Source: a virus. Taken from it: DNA of 64,000 nucleotides. This document shows positions 53,899 through 62,688 of the stretch, piece by piece (the first letter of the stretch is position 1; each line of letters starts with the position of its first letter). Both the position numbers and the translations under genes were made by a program. The notes beneath the pieces were generated by a model. It was not told where the DNA came from. It did not search any database and was given only the letters and a program-made list of their open reading frames with translations. The stretch spans positions 1-64,000 of IMG/VR virus record IMGVR_UViG_3300045988_107526; one strand, given 5' to 3'.

Positions 53899-54204
53899 AT
53901 GAAGAATGAAACAAAATTAAACAGAGTAAAGGAGTTTCTTGATGGAAACAACATCAAGTACGTTACTCCTAAGAACGCCGGAAAGAAAGGTCATAGTGAC
54001 TTATTCCTGCCTTCATTCAGAATCTACATCAAACTTCAAGGTGAAGATGATGAGTTGTTCTATAAAACCCACCACATAGGTGTGCATCCTATCTTCATCC
54101 GTGATGGTGAAACTCCTAAGTTTATTCTTGAGAAGGTGCAAAACACCATCATCAAGATAATGCAGAAGAAACAGGCAGTATTTGAGAAACGTAAAAAGAA
54201 GTAG
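53899..54204 (+). CDS. Hypothetical protein
   Basis: The track ORF starts with GTG at 53845; the ATG is at 53899 (MKNETKLNRV). Confidence 0.5.
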   Translation: MKNETKLNRVKEFLDGNNIKYVTPKNAGKKGHSDLFLPSFRIYIKLQGEDDELFYKTHHIGVHPIFIRDGETPKFILEKVQNTIIKIMQKKQAVFEKRKKK

Positions 54205-54286
54205 AGTTATGTTCAAGGTATTCATTATAATCGCCTTTTTCGTAATCGTATTGGAACTGGACGAGATAAAAGATAAATTATAGCGT

Positions 54287-54535
54287 ATGAAAGAAGAAGA
54301 TTTAAAGAAAGCTATTGAGTTAAAGAAGAAACTCGATAGTGAAAGAGAACTTTTGAAGCTTGCAAATAGCCATTATGTGGATTTAAAAGTTAACCTTGAA
54401 GAAAGTTGGAACAACGAGATTCGCAATGTAGATTACCTTCTAGATAGGGATGTTACCAAAGGACTGAGAGCGATGGTTATCGCCAGCTTAGAGAAGAATA
54501 TTAATGACTTACAGGAAGAATTAGAAAAGTTGTAG
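54287..54535 (+). CDS. Hypothetical coiled-coil protein
   Basis: 82-aa ORF. Confidence 0.5.
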   Translation: MKEEDLKKAIELKKKLDSERELLKLANSHYVDLKVNLEESWNNEIRNVDYLLDRDVTKGLRAMVIASLEKNINDLQEELEKL

Positions 54536-54539
54536 GCTT

Positions 54540-54806
54540 ATGGAAGTTGAAAGATATTATTATGCAGTAGCATCCTTCATGCGTAAGGATGACAAGATTA
54601 GCGTTACTTCTGTTACGTGTAGCGTTAAAGGGGAAGAAAAGGATATTAAGTTCTATCCGCTCATGAACATTATCACTAGTACGGAAGAGAAGTTCAAGGA
54701 TGATATGGTTAGTGGAACAGTTATCGTACAGAGTGTTATTGAGATAAGTAAACAAGACTATGATGCTTACAAAGAACGCATCGCTAAATTACACAAGATA
54801 GTATGA
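54540..54806 (+). CDS. Hypothetical protein
   Basis: 88-aa ORF with a 4-nt overlap with the next gene. Confidence 0.5.
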   Translation: MEVERYYYAVASFMRKDDKISVTSVTCSVKGEEKDIKFYPLMNIITSTEEKFKDDMVSGTVIVQSVIEISKQDYDAYKERIAKLHKIV

Positions 54807-55294
54807 AATATACAGAAGATTATCCTCATAGACCTATCCTAGGTAAGGCTGGCGAGTTCGTTGATATTCTCAGCAGAGTTCCTGCTGATACGGAAATAGT
54901 ACTTGATGTAGACAACTGTTTTTCGAGAAATATCGGTCCTAGTGCTTTGAAAATTTCGTTAAGTAACTATAATCCGCTTGAACATATCATTCACTTCAAA
55001 GATGACGGAACGATAGAGAATACGTTGAAAGTAAATGTTTGTGCAGAGTGGAATAGAGATAAGAACATTGCAGAATGTGAGATTTTTACTGCGCTATTCA
55101 GTTCACTAAAATGCATCTTGTTTAAATACGGACAATATGATGCACGTAAGTTGACTAAGGATGCGTCTATCGCAAAAACCGCTGCTAATAATCCGTGTGC
55201 GTTCCTTGATGTACTCAACGAATTTCAGAAGAAATACAAAGGTAAGAAAGAAAATCATAAAGAAGATGGAAAGGTTGACAAAGGTAATGGATAA
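54803..55294 (+). CDS. Hypothetical protein
   Basis: 163-aa ORF. Confidence 0.55.
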   Translation: MKYTEDYPHRPILGKAGEFVDILSRVPADTEIVLDVDNCFSRNIGPSALKISLSNYNPLEHIIHFKDDGTIENTLKVNVCAEWNRDKNIAECEIFTALFSSLKCILFKYGQYDARKLTKDASIAKTAANNPCAFLDVLNEFQKKYKGKKENHKEDGKVDKGNG

Positions 55295-55673
55295 GTATTT
55301 GAAGGAAGCTGTCGCTGATTTGGATAAGAAGAAAGTTCTTACCCTCACCATCAGAAAACAATGGTTCGATAAAATCGTATCAGCCGAAAAGACTGAGGAG
55401 TATCGTGAAATCAAGAAGTATTGGGTGTCCCGACTAGTAAATCAGCAAGCCGAAAGCGGTGAGGTGCTTTTCGATGAGTTTGGCGGTTATTGTCGCGTGA
55501 TAGGAAAGCTTGAATACAAACCCTACACCCACGTCCTCTTCGTCAACGGATACCGCAAGGATAGTCCACGAATTGAGAAGAAGATTGAGAGTATCACCAT
55601 CGGAAAGCCTAACAAAGGCTTATGTCCCGACAAATGGCTTGATACTGAGTTTTTTATCATTAAATTTAAGTAG
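55287..55673 (+). CDS. ASCH-domain-like protein
   Basis: Start ATGGATAA overlaps the upstream stop. LTLTIRKQWFDKIVSAEKTEEYREIK resembles the ASCH N-terminal signature. Confidence 0.5.
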   Translation: MDKYLKEAVADLDKKKVLTLTIRKQWFDKIVSAEKTEEYREIKKYWVSRLVNQQAESGEVLFDEFGGYCRVIGKLEYKPYTHVLFVNGYRKDSPRIEKKIESITIGKPNKGLCPDKWLDTEFFIIKFK

Positions 55674-55676
55674 CGT

Positions 55677-55910
55677 ATGACAAACAAGGATTTTTATAAT
55701 GCTCATCTAGGTAAGCGAGTTCTTTATAAGTGCAAGGATATTGGCGCATATGTAGCAGGGTATATTGAAGATAAGTATATCATCTTAGGTTTTAATGATT
55801 ATTCTGGCTGCATTCTATACTTTACATCTAAAGTGTATAAAACGCTTGGCGAAACATATAACTCATACCGATTCGCAAAATTGAAGTATTTGAAAGTAAT
55901 AGAACAATAG
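55677..55910 (+). CDS. Hypothetical protein
   Basis: 77-aa ORF. Confidence 0.5.
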   Translation: MTNKDFYNAHLGKRVLYKCKDIGAYVAGYIEDKYIILGFNDYSGCILYFTSKVYKTLGETYNSYRFAKLKYLKVIEQ

Positions 55911-55912
55911 TT

Positions 55913-56605
55913 ATGAAAAAGGAAGATAGAATCAAGGTTTGGGAGAAGTACGGCCATCATTGCGCATACTGCGGAAAAGAAATAAAGTTCGAAGATATGC
56001 AAGTAGACCATTTCGTTCCTAAGAATCGTGGCGGTTACCCTCGTTGGAGTGATAAGGAAGGTAAGTATGTCGTTTCTCATGGTGAGGATAGTATGGAGAA
56101 TTACATGCCTTCTTGCCGAGCCTGTAACTTTAGAAAGCGGGATATGAATATCGAACAATTCCGTGAATCTATAAGAGAACAGGCTGAAGGTTTGCTTAAA
56201 GGTGCTGCAAAGTTCCAAGTAAGTATGAGTATCGCTTATGGTCTGCTTACTCCTTCTTTCGATAAGCCTATCGTATTCTATTTTGAGAAATGTATGAATT
56301 ACAAAGATAGACTTACGAAATATACTCAAGGAAGGCTGTCAGAATTATCAAATGTTGACGATTATGAACCAAACAAATTAGCGTTAACTAACCTGTTGTG
56401 GTTTCTTGACAAGGTAATCAGTAATGAAGTGATTGTCGCAAAGCTTAAAATCATGTCTGATGCAGACAGGAAACGAATGAAATACCTTTCTAGGTATGAT
56501 GGTAACGAATCGTTATACGATGATGAATATTCCAAGGCAGAAAGTACTATAGCCAAGGAGTGCTTGAAGTATTTACAGAACAAAAAAGAAGTAGTGTATG
56601 ACTAG
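55913..56605 (+). CDS. HNH endonuclease
   Basis: HHCAYCGKEIKFEDMQVDHFVPKNRGG...NYMPSCRACNFRK gives the C-x2-C...DH...N...C-x2-C HNH pattern. Confidence 0.8.
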   Translation: MKKEDRIKVWEKYGHHCAYCGKEIKFEDMQVDHFVPKNRGGYPRWSDKEGKYVVSHGEDSMENYMPSCRACNFRKRDMNIEQFRESIREQAEGLLKGAAKFQVSMSIAYGLLTPSFDKPIVFYFEKCMNYKDRLTKYTQGRLSELSNVDDYEPNKLALTNLLWFLDKVISNEVIVAKLKIMSDADRKRMKYLSRYDGNESLYDDEYSKAESTIAKECLKYLQNKKEVVYD

Positions 56606-56843
56606 TATTAGAAAAGCTAAAAAGAAAATGAAGAAGGCTCGTCCGTATTGGGAAAGTCAAGGTTACAGGTTTAGGCGCAAGGCTAAGATAATCAGGTATT
56701 CGTTGAAGTCTTTGCTTGGTGATTTTAGCACTAAATGGATGTGCTACTGCTTTGTTAATATGGATGGGCGATTACAAAATCACTTTCCTATACGGACAAA
56801 GTCAAGAAGAAAGCGAGGTAAGCATGAAAAGAAGATTCTTTAA
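56598..56843 (+). CDS. Small basic hypothetical protein
   Basis: 81-aa ORF, MTSIRKAKKKMKKARPYW. Confidence 0.4.
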   Translation: MTSIRKAKKKMKKARPYWESQGYRFRRKAKIIRYSLKSLLGDFSTKWMCYCFVNMDGRLQNHFPIRTKSRRKRGKHEKKIL

Positions 56844-57072
56844 ATTTGGATGTCGCATCCCTCGTAAGTTAAAGAAGGCTGCTAGGTATGGTATTGAAAG
56901 GCGTATATACCCAACGACACAAGAGACGGAAACCGCCTATGGTCATGTGTACTTCCATGATGAAAGGATTGAGTTTGCAATAATAGGGAGGCAAACCAAG
57001 TGGAAAGTAAAGGCACGTTTGGCTCGTATAAAAGAATTAAAGAGACAACTTGCCTATAATTGGTATGTATAA
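56824..57072 (+). CDS. Small basic hypothetical protein
   Basis: Internal Met (MKRRFFKFGCRIPRKLKKAARYG) of track ORF 56716..57072. Confidence 0.4.
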   Translation: MKRRFFKFGCRIPRKLKKAARYGIERRIYPTTQETETAYGHVYFHDERIEFAIIGRQTKWKVKARLARIKELKRQLAYNWYV

Positions 57073-57099
57073 AGTAACAGAACGATAACATGGTAACAG

Positions 57100-57128
57100 A
57101 AAAAGCAGAGCCTAGTGCCCTGCTTTTT
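57100..57128. terminator. Bidirectional terminator at the convergent junction
   Basis: AAAAA-GCAGAGC-ctagt-GCCCTGC-TTTTT. It overlaps the stop of the 57112 gene. Confidence 0.6.
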
Positions 57129-57528
57129 CCTTGTCTTCACGTTCTCGTTTCTCAGCTATAGCCTGTCTGATCCATTCTGCTTTATTTCGTCCTAGGGATT
57201 CGAAAAACTCAAACGTTTTTTCGTTTACATGCGTCACAACCCTGTAGATGAGGGCAGCTGCGCCCTTGCTAGGTGCTCCGGCTCGCTCTCTGCGACCACC
57301 CCACCCCGGATGCTGACTGACCTTGCATTGCTGAACCTTGCCCTTGCTATTGATGCGGAACTTCATTTTCAGCCGGTCCTTTACCCACACTTCAGCGATT
57401 ACCGCATCGGGCGTCTGCTGAAGGGTAGATTTGGCGATGCCGATAAGATAGGCTTTATCCTTGAAGAAGGTCTCTGTCTCATCGAGTATCGCCCAATCAT
57501 CGTATATTATGATTCTTGCCCTTTCCAT
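57112..57528 (-). CDS. Hypothetical protein with a C-terminal ribbon-helix-helix-like segment
   Basis: 138 aa. NEKTFEFFESLGRNKAEWIRQAIAEK. Confidence 0.5.
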   Translation of the reverse strand: MERARIIIYDDWAILDETETFFKDKAYLIGIAKSTLQQTPDAVIAEVWVKDRLKMKFRINSKGKVQQCKVSQHPGWGGRRERAGAPSKGAAALIYRVVTHVNEKTFEFFESLGRNKAEWIRQAIAEKREREDKEKAGH

Positions 57529-57597
57529 ATCCTCAACCTAATATTGCCATCAGTATCGTGAATAAGAAGATAAATAGTACAAACCATTCCTGTTTAC

Positions 57598-57756
57598 TCA
57601 TAGCTTACCTCCTTTCTTCTGATAGGCTCGAACCCTACGGATAGCCTTTCCGATTCTATGGTCTTCGCACAAGCCATAAGCGTAAAGCATGATTCGTGGT
57701 CTCCAAAAATAGTTTATCTTTCTGCAAAGTATCTTCTTCGCCTGTCGTAATCTCAT
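57598..57756 (-). CDS. Small basic protein (52 aa), paralog of 39766-39948
   Basis: Translated codon by codon: MRLRQAKKILCRKINYFWRPRIMLYAYGLCEDHRIGKAIRRVRAYQKKGGKL. ATGA overlaps at both ends. Confidence 0.45.
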   Translation of the reverse strand: MRLRQAKKILCRKINYFWRPRIMLYAYGLCEDHRIGKAIRRVRAYQKKGGKL

Positions 57757-58130
57757 TTCTCACCTCCTTTCTTGTCGAATTTATTGCCGATAACTTTTAG
57801 TTGCCTATTACGCAACATTCTCCCTAAAGTATTTGGGTAGAGAACAGGGTGTTCTGTATAGACCAAACTAAAACTAGTGTTGCCTTGATTCCAAACTACT
57901 TCAAAGATGCTACCTGTCTTTTCACATCTGAGCAAATCATGCTCATAGATAGGAAATCCGTTACAATCACATGCGCCTGTAAATTGGCAGATGGTGTTGA
58001 TATCAATCAAATATGAGTTTACTACGCCAAGTACTTTATGGTTAAAAACTTCGCTATTTCTGATAGTAGGGGAACAATCAACCCACGTACCTGTTCTTAC
58101 TCGTATTGCCTTGAAATTGATTTCGCTCAT
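57753..58130 (-). CDS. YopX-like protein
   Basis: ICQFTGACDCNGFPIYEHDLL...KVIGNKFD resembles the YopX family pattern. Confidence 0.5.
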   Translation of the reverse strand: MSEINFKAIRVRTGTWVDCSPTIRNSEVFNHKVLGVVNSYLIDINTICQFTGACDCNGFPIYEHDLLRCEKTGSIFEVVWNQGNTSFSLVYTEHPVLYPNTLGRMLRNRQLKVIGNKFDKKGGEK

Positions 58131-58414
58131 TTCTCCCCTCCTTCCTCGATTACTCCTATCGGTTTGATGTCGTTCACACTTTCATCCTCGGTGAAGAAGG
58201 AAACCTTCATCATGTCGCTCACGTAGGCCATTGCCACAACATCTTCATGTGCGTTCTTGATGATACAGATGTCTCCTCTTACCTCGTTCTGCATTTTCAG
58301 ATACTTTACGGCTGCATCCTTCACCGCCAAAGGATTCATTTTCTTTGTTATCGTCTCCCCCGACTGAGGGAATACGAAGATAAATTCTTGCTTGTTCATA
58401 TTCTTAAAACTCAA
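58127..58414 (-). CDS. Hypothetical protein
   Basis: 95-aa ORF with 4-nt overlaps. Confidence 0.5.
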   Translation of the reverse strand: MSFKNMNKQEFIFVFPQSGETITKKMNPLAVKDAAVKYLKMQNEVRGDICIIKNAHEDVVAMAYVSDMMKVSFFTEDESVNDIKPIGVIEEGGEK

Positions 58415-58778
58415 ATAATTCTAGTTGTACATATCTCTTCTTCGGGAGTAACTTTTCTATCTCCTTCATTATCTTAGCTGCGCTCTTACAAACAGAACTA
58501 TTCCGGTTGCGCTCTTGCTCTATCTGTACGTTAAGCCAATGCTTTGCCCAATTCAAAGCATGCTCAATGGCATCTTCCTGTGTCTTGAACCAATTCGTGT
58601 TGCTGAGGTTAGTTCCAAACGCCCCTCCTCTATCTGCTAGCATGTATGTCACACCATACGTCCACTTTCCTCTAACATAAGCTGTGGATATTTCGATATG
58701 TGGGATTCCGCTGCCGATTTCTGTCTTATCAGGATTCGTGCATACACCGAACTCGTTGAATATAAATTTCTTTATCAT
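58404..58778 (-). CDS. Hypothetical protein
   Basis: 124-aa ORF. Confidence 0.5.
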   Translation of the reverse strand: MIKKFIFNEFGVCTNPDKTEIGSGIPHIEISTAYVRGKWTYGVTYMLADRGGAFGTNLSNTNWFKTQEDAIEHALNWAKHWLNVQIEQERNRNSSVCKSAAKIMKEIEKLLPKKRYVQLELFEF

Positions 58779-59047
58779 GATTCCATTTCACTTTCTGTTA
58801 TCAACAACTCATCAAACATAATACTATCCTTGCATGAGCAGCTCCATGATGATTCGCCCTTGTCTTCAGACTCTTCATAGTTATCGGGATATTCCTCCTT
58901 GTAGAAGTCTAGGATATTATCCTCCTCTTCTGCCATCCGCTCCTTTGCTGCGGTCTTGGTTGAGTAAACTCCGATAACATTAACGGACGAATAGTCTTGG
59001 TTGTCTGCTCCGTGCTTAATCAACACAAATACTTTCTGTTTCTTCAT
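58775..59047 (-). CDS. Hypothetical acidic protein
   Basis: 90-aa ORF. Confidence 0.5.
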   Translation of the reverse strand: MKKQKVFVLIKHGADNQDYSSVNVIGVYSTKTAAKERMAEEEDNILDFYKEEYPDNYEESEDKGESSWSCSCKDSIMFDELLITESEMES

Positions 59048-59048
59048 C

Positions 59049-59219
59049 TTACACCTCCTTCTCTTCTACATCAAACGAAACACTATCCAAATCGCCATTC
59101 TCCAAACAACCCAAATCGTACAAACGTCTTGCGGCATTCTCTGCGTCTTCGGATGATGCTGCGTCTAGAGATACCTTGTAGGTGATTCTCTCCACGATTT
59201 CAACTTCATACCTTTTCAT
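59049..59219 (-). CDS. Hypothetical protein (56 aa)
   Basis: Internal Met MKRYEVEIV at 59219. The longer track ORF would read through the structured element at 59254-59306. Confidence 0.45.
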   Translation of the reverse strand: MKRYEVEIVERITYKVSLDAASSEDAENAARRLYDLGCLENGDLDSVSFDVEEKEV

Positions 59220-59253
59220 AATCAAATCCTTTCTTTTAAAAATTAATACTAGT

Positions 59254-59306
59254 GGGCGGATGGTACGTTGCAACCATCTGTAGCGGCTTGAATACCGCAT
59301 TCGCCC
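59254..59306 (-). other. GC-rich Y-shaped intergenic element B
   Basis: Outer stem GGGCG/CGCCC encloses the hairpins GATGGT-acgttgca-ACCATC and GCGG-cttgaata-CCGC (plus-strand reading). Confidence 0.45.
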
Positions 59307-59324
59307 TATATATAACAACAACAA

Positions 59325-59507
59325 CTATTTTCTCTTCTCGTTTATCTTCTCAATACAAGTGCTCTTGTCTACTTGCATTCCGTTCGGCAGAAAGAACCTC
59401 TCAGTAAATAAGTTCTGCTTGATGATGAACGTTGTACGTGCCCTGTATCTTCGTCCGAACTTGTCAACGTAGATGGCTCCCTTGAAACATTTGATGATTA
59501 TCGTCAT
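59325..59507 (-). CDS. Hypothetical protein
   Basis: 60-aa ORF. Confidence 0.4.
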   Translation of the reverse strand: MTIIIKCFKGAIYVDKFGRRYRARTTFIIKQNLFTERFFLPNGMQVDKSTCIEKINEKRK

Positions 59508-59512
59508 ATTTC

Positions 59513-59767
59513 TTACATATCCTCTACAATATCTTCAAAACTCTTCTTTTTAATCTCCATGGAAATCAGACTGCTTATGTCTAGAACTTTCGTTACCTCG
59601 TACTCTCTGGACGTATCGTCATGGATATATATATGGATATATATACAGAAACTATCTATCTCGTATCTGTCGCTATTGAACAGAGTATAGCTTGATGTAG
59701 GAAAGCGGAAAATGATTCTGCTCCAATCCTTTTTATCCAACAGATTTTTAACAACTGAATTAGTCAT
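59513..59767 (-). CDS. Hypothetical protein
   Basis: 84-aa ORF. Confidence 0.45.
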   Translation of the reverse strand: MTNSVVKNLLDKKDWSRIIFRFPTSSYTLFNSDRYEIDSFCIYIHIYIHDDTSREYEVTKVLDISSLISMEIKKKSFEDIVEDM

Positions 59768-59812
59768 ACTCGAAATGGTTTGTGAGGGAGATTTCTCTCC
59801 CTCGGGTTAAAC

Positions 59813-60307
59813 TTACTCCTTCAACAGACTTTCTACAAGTTCTTCCTTGGTGGAGAAGACGTCTGTTCCCTTGGTGTATGCACTATCACAACCTAACAAA
59901 AGCTTGCAGACTTCCTTATCTTCATTCTTCTCAAGGATGATGCGATGAATCTTCATTTCAGCTATCTTGTTATCACGCAATAGGAAAACCTGTTGACCAA
60001 CATAGAAGTTGGTTTTAAGATTTGTCTTTGCTCGTTCCTGTACTTCCCAATCAGGCGATAATTCCATACATGCGTACACTTCCTTGCCTTCTGAGAGGTC
60101 TTTGGTGATGTGCTCGAAGATTTCCTGTTCTGTAGGCTCTCGCACTTCTCCGGTCTCTTCATCTTCGATGGTGAAAATACTATATTCCCAACCTTCCTTG
60201 TCTACAAGTTTGAGTCCGGCTGCCTGTGCCTTTACTACGTCTTGTATGGTGTTAATCTCAACTCCTACAAAATTGTCACTCAATCTAACTGCCTTAGTTG
60301 TCTTCAT
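59813..60307 (-). CDS. Hypothetical protein
   Basis: 164-aa ORF. Confidence 0.55.
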   Translation of the reverse strand: MKTTKAVRLSDNFVGVEINTIQDVVKAQAAGLKLVDKEGWEYSIFTIEDEETGEVREPTEQEIFEHITKDLSEGKEVYACMELSPDWEVQERAKTNLKTNFYVGQQVFLLRDNKIAEMKIHRIILEKNEDKEVCKLLLGCDSAYTKGTDVFSTKEELVESLLKE

Positions 60308-60334
60308 AATTTTATCTCCTATAATTTAAATTTG

Positions 60335-60520
60335 TTACTTGTTATTGTTCATTTTCTTTATGGTTCCATGCTCTACCGAGTTTTCATAAAACTCTTGTGT
60401 GAGAAGATTTATTGAACCATAGTACCGAAATATTGTATCTAATGCCTGTTCTGTTGGCATTGCTAGCAATTCACTTTTCAAGTAGTTGTGTATTGCTAGT
60501 TTAAACTCCTTATCGTTCAT
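60335..60520 (-). CDS. Hypothetical protein
   Basis: 61-aa ORF. Confidence 0.4.
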   Translation of the reverse strand: MNDKEFKLAIHNYLKSELLAMPTEQALDTIFRYYGSINLLTQEFYENSVEHGTIKKMNNNK

Positions 60521-60830
60521 AAGTCATTCTTGCATCATAAGTTCTTCCGATAATCTCGTCTATCTTTGCTTGCTGCTGATAATCTGTGCAGTCGGCAAAA
60601 TTATCCTGTTCCTCGTAGAAACGTGCTGCATTCTTCAGTTCATGGAGAGTTGCTTTGGTGTAGTCCTTGTTAGGATCCACTTGCCTAAGGTTCTCACATG
60701 TCTTGCAATACTCGATGAAGTCTACAAGCAAAGATTTCTCCTCGCTCTTGCTCTGCTGCATTCCGGCTCCAATAAGAGGTAGGGCAACTATCGTTGCCAC
60801 TACCAAAGCTATCTTAATTCTCTTTTTCAT
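60510..60830 (-). CDS. Hypothetical secreted or membrane-anchored protein
   Basis: 106 aa with an N-terminal signal-like MKKRIKIALVVATIVALPLIGAG. Confidence 0.5.
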   Translation of the reverse strand: MKKRIKIALVVATIVALPLIGAGMQQSKSEEKSLLVDFIEYCKTCENLRQVDPNKDYTKATLHELKNAARFYEEQDNFADCTDYQQQAKIDEIIGRTYDARMTYER

Positions 60831-60834
60831 ATCT

Positions 60835-61014
60835 TTACGGATTTAATTTCTTGTTTATCTCTTTTAATGTCTTATAAGTCTCCGGAAACAACTCCAAATG
60901 TGCTTCCATGAAGACTTCGTAACCAACTGCCTTTGCATAGGCTGATGTTGTTGTTTGATAGAGTAACGCTCTAAGTGCGTCATACTCCTTGTCTGTAAGT
61001 TCTAACTTAACCAT
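60835..61014 (-). CDS. Hypothetical protein (59 aa, below the track cut-off)
   Basis: MVKLELTDKEYDALRALLYQTTTSAYAKAVGYEVFMEAHLELFPETYKTLKEINKKLNP. The first 18 codons and the stop were checked base by base; the remainder was read from the reverse complement. The stop lies 4 nt before the next start. Confidence 0.45.
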   Translation of the reverse strand: MVKLELTDKEYDALRALLYQTTTSAYAKAVGYEVFMEAHLELFPETYKTLKEINKKLNP

Positions 61015-61108
61015 ATTACTCGTCCTCCATGTCTTTTGCTGCTCTCAGTCTGTAGCCTGTAATACTGCCAACTAAGAAGATTAATACATAAATTGTGATG
61101 TCCATAAC

Positions 61109-61315
61109 TTAATCCTCCATAATCATTTGTTTAACTTCATCGTAAGTTTCCTTTGTGATTATTTTGCGCCCCTCTGTACAACGCTTTGTTGTGTGAATGA
61201 GGGTAATCATGCAAGACGGATTGCCGTTAAAATATTCGGTTGGTTCTACGCTAACTATCTCGTTGGTATTAATCAGCATCTTCGCTCTTGTTGTTACTTC
61301 AATAAATTTGCTCAT
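61109..61315 (-). CDS. Hypothetical protein
   Basis: 68-aa ORF. Confidence 0.45.
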   Translation of the reverse strand: MSKFIEVTTRAKMLINTNEIVSVEPTEYFNGNPSCMITLIHTTKRCTEGRKIITKETYDEVKQMIMED

Positions 61316-61327
61316 AACTTAATCGTT

Positions 61328-61558
61328 TTAATATCTTAAAATCTTTTTGATTACTGCGGCTGCGAGAACATCGTTAGCGGTTATAGGTCTCGGCTCTGTT
61401 ATGCTTTCTGCCCATGCTGCACCGCCAAAATACCAATGTTCTTTTCTCCACTCCTCACAAAACTTCTCGGCCTCCCAACATGTAGGAAACTCCTTTTCTC
61501 TCATTTCCGAGTGCGGTCTGCTGCCATACTCGTAATGTGCAATGTGATGTACTTTCAT
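61328..61558 (-). CDS. Hypothetical protein
   Basis: 76-aa ORF. Confidence 0.45.
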   Translation of the reverse strand: MKVHHIAHYEYGSRPHSEMREKEFPTCWEAEKFCEEWRKEHWYFGGAAWAESITEPRPITANDVLAAAVIKKILRY

Positions 61559-61644
61559 TTTCGTTCCTTTCTTTTAATTGTTATACTTGTGCGGTCTCAC
61601 GGCTTGAACGTGATGTGCTCCTCTATTCGCTGACCGCTCCATGG

Positions 61645-61890
61645 TTACTTCTTTCCAAAGTTGAAGATTCTGATGAACTTGTAGAAAGTTCTGAGTTCGC
61701 AAAGGTGGTAGAGGTCTTCTAAGATATACTCCTTACACTCCCTGTTGCACTCCCTGTAGGTCTCTTGCATCTGTGCTGCGGTCTCGTTGCCGCATTCGAG
61801 CCAATACAGGAAAATGGCTCCTAAACTCTCATACTCGTTATACTCGTCGTAATACTTCTTCTGCTGCTCGTAAGTTTTGTTCTTTCTCAT
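61645..61890 (-). CDS. Hypothetical protein
   Basis: 81-aa ORF. Confidence 0.45.
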   Translation of the reverse strand: MRKNKTYEQQKKYYDEYNEYESLGAIFLYWLECGNETAAQMQETYRECNRECKEYILEDLYHLCELRTFYKFIRIFNFGKK

Positions 61891-61907
61891 ATCCGTATCT
61901 CCTATAT

Positions 61908-62090
61908 TTAATATTCAACACCATTCAGTTTAAGGGCAATTGCCTTTAAGTTCTCGATTCTCTGTTGTGCATTCGGGGTGATTTCAGCACCACAAATGAT
62001 GACAGCCTGTGAAAGGTTCATTACTTTGTCGTATAAAGCGTTTGTGATGCTTGAAATCTCATCGCTCGTAAGCGTTATTGTCTTTTCCAT
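61908..62090 (-). CDS. Hypothetical protein, MEKTITLTS family copy 2
   Basis: 60 aa. Shares the N-terminus MEKTITLTS(D/E)EI with 62103-62270. Confidence 0.5.
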   Translation of the reverse strand: MEKTITLTSDEISSITNALYDKVMNLSQAVIICGAEITPNAQQRIENLKAIALKLNGVEY

Positions 62091-62102
62091 TACCTTAATT
62101 GT

Positions 62103-62270
62103 TTAATGGTTCAACTTTTCTTTAATCTCTTTGAACTCCTTCAATCGCTTGTGCGCTATGGGAGTGCCTTCGTTGGTTGAAAGATAATCCTCTAAAAGGA
62201 TTATTCTATCTTCAATAGCAGACTTGATGTTTGCTATCTCTTCGCTTGTAAGTGTTATTGTCTTTTCCAT
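62103..62270 (-). CDS. Hypothetical protein, MEKTITLTS family copy 1 (55 aa)
   Basis: Translated codon by codon: MEKTITLTSEEIANIKSAIEDRIILLEDYLSTNEGTPIAHKRLKEFKEIKEKLNH. Confidence 0.5.
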   Translation of the reverse strand: MEKTITLTSEEIANIKSAIEDRIILLEDYLSTNEGTPIAHKRLKEFKEIKEKLNH

Positions 62271-62276
62271 ATTCGT

Positions 62277-62534
62277 TTATTTTAATCTTGTTATTTGATA
62301 CTTATAGAATACTTTTTCCTCGGGAAGGATTTCACTTAGCTTTATATACTTCGTGAAAATGTTGTCGTACATATCCCTGTCACGTCCTTTGTACCTGTAA
62401 CCTAACTCCTTTATCTGTTTCTTGAGTTCCTTCACACGATTATCATCGCATATCTTACAGGAAATCGGTTCAACTTTTACTCCTCCTTCATCGGGTATTC
62501 TAACTATACTTAGCTCTACGATATTATCTGCCAT
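62277..62534 (-). CDS. Hypothetical protein, paralog of 62689-62955
   Basis: 85 aa. LKKQIKELGYRYKGR...ITRLK aligns with LKSDLKSFGYKCVGR...ITTLK in the paralog. Confidence 0.5.
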   Translation of the reverse strand: MADNIVELSIVRIPDEGGVKVEPISCKICDDNRVKELKKQIKELGYRYKGRDRDMYDNIFTKYIKLSEILPEEKVFYKYQITRLK

Positions 62535-62688
62535 AACTCTTAACTTTAATAATTATTCTTTCCACCAATCGGAAACGTCACTTCTCTTAAGGTGTCTCAT
62601 TTCCAAAAACTCTTTGAGGGTGCTGCAATAGGTGTTCATAGAATAGCAATCACCCTTCAATATTACGTGTACTTCCTTAGCCATAGTC

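Noticed and set aside
59220-59324. The long form (91 aa) of ORF 59049..59324.
   Set aside because: The N-terminal 35 codons (MLLLYIGRMRYSSRYRWLQRTIRPL...) coincide with structured element B and have an implausible composition. The internal Met at 59219 was used.
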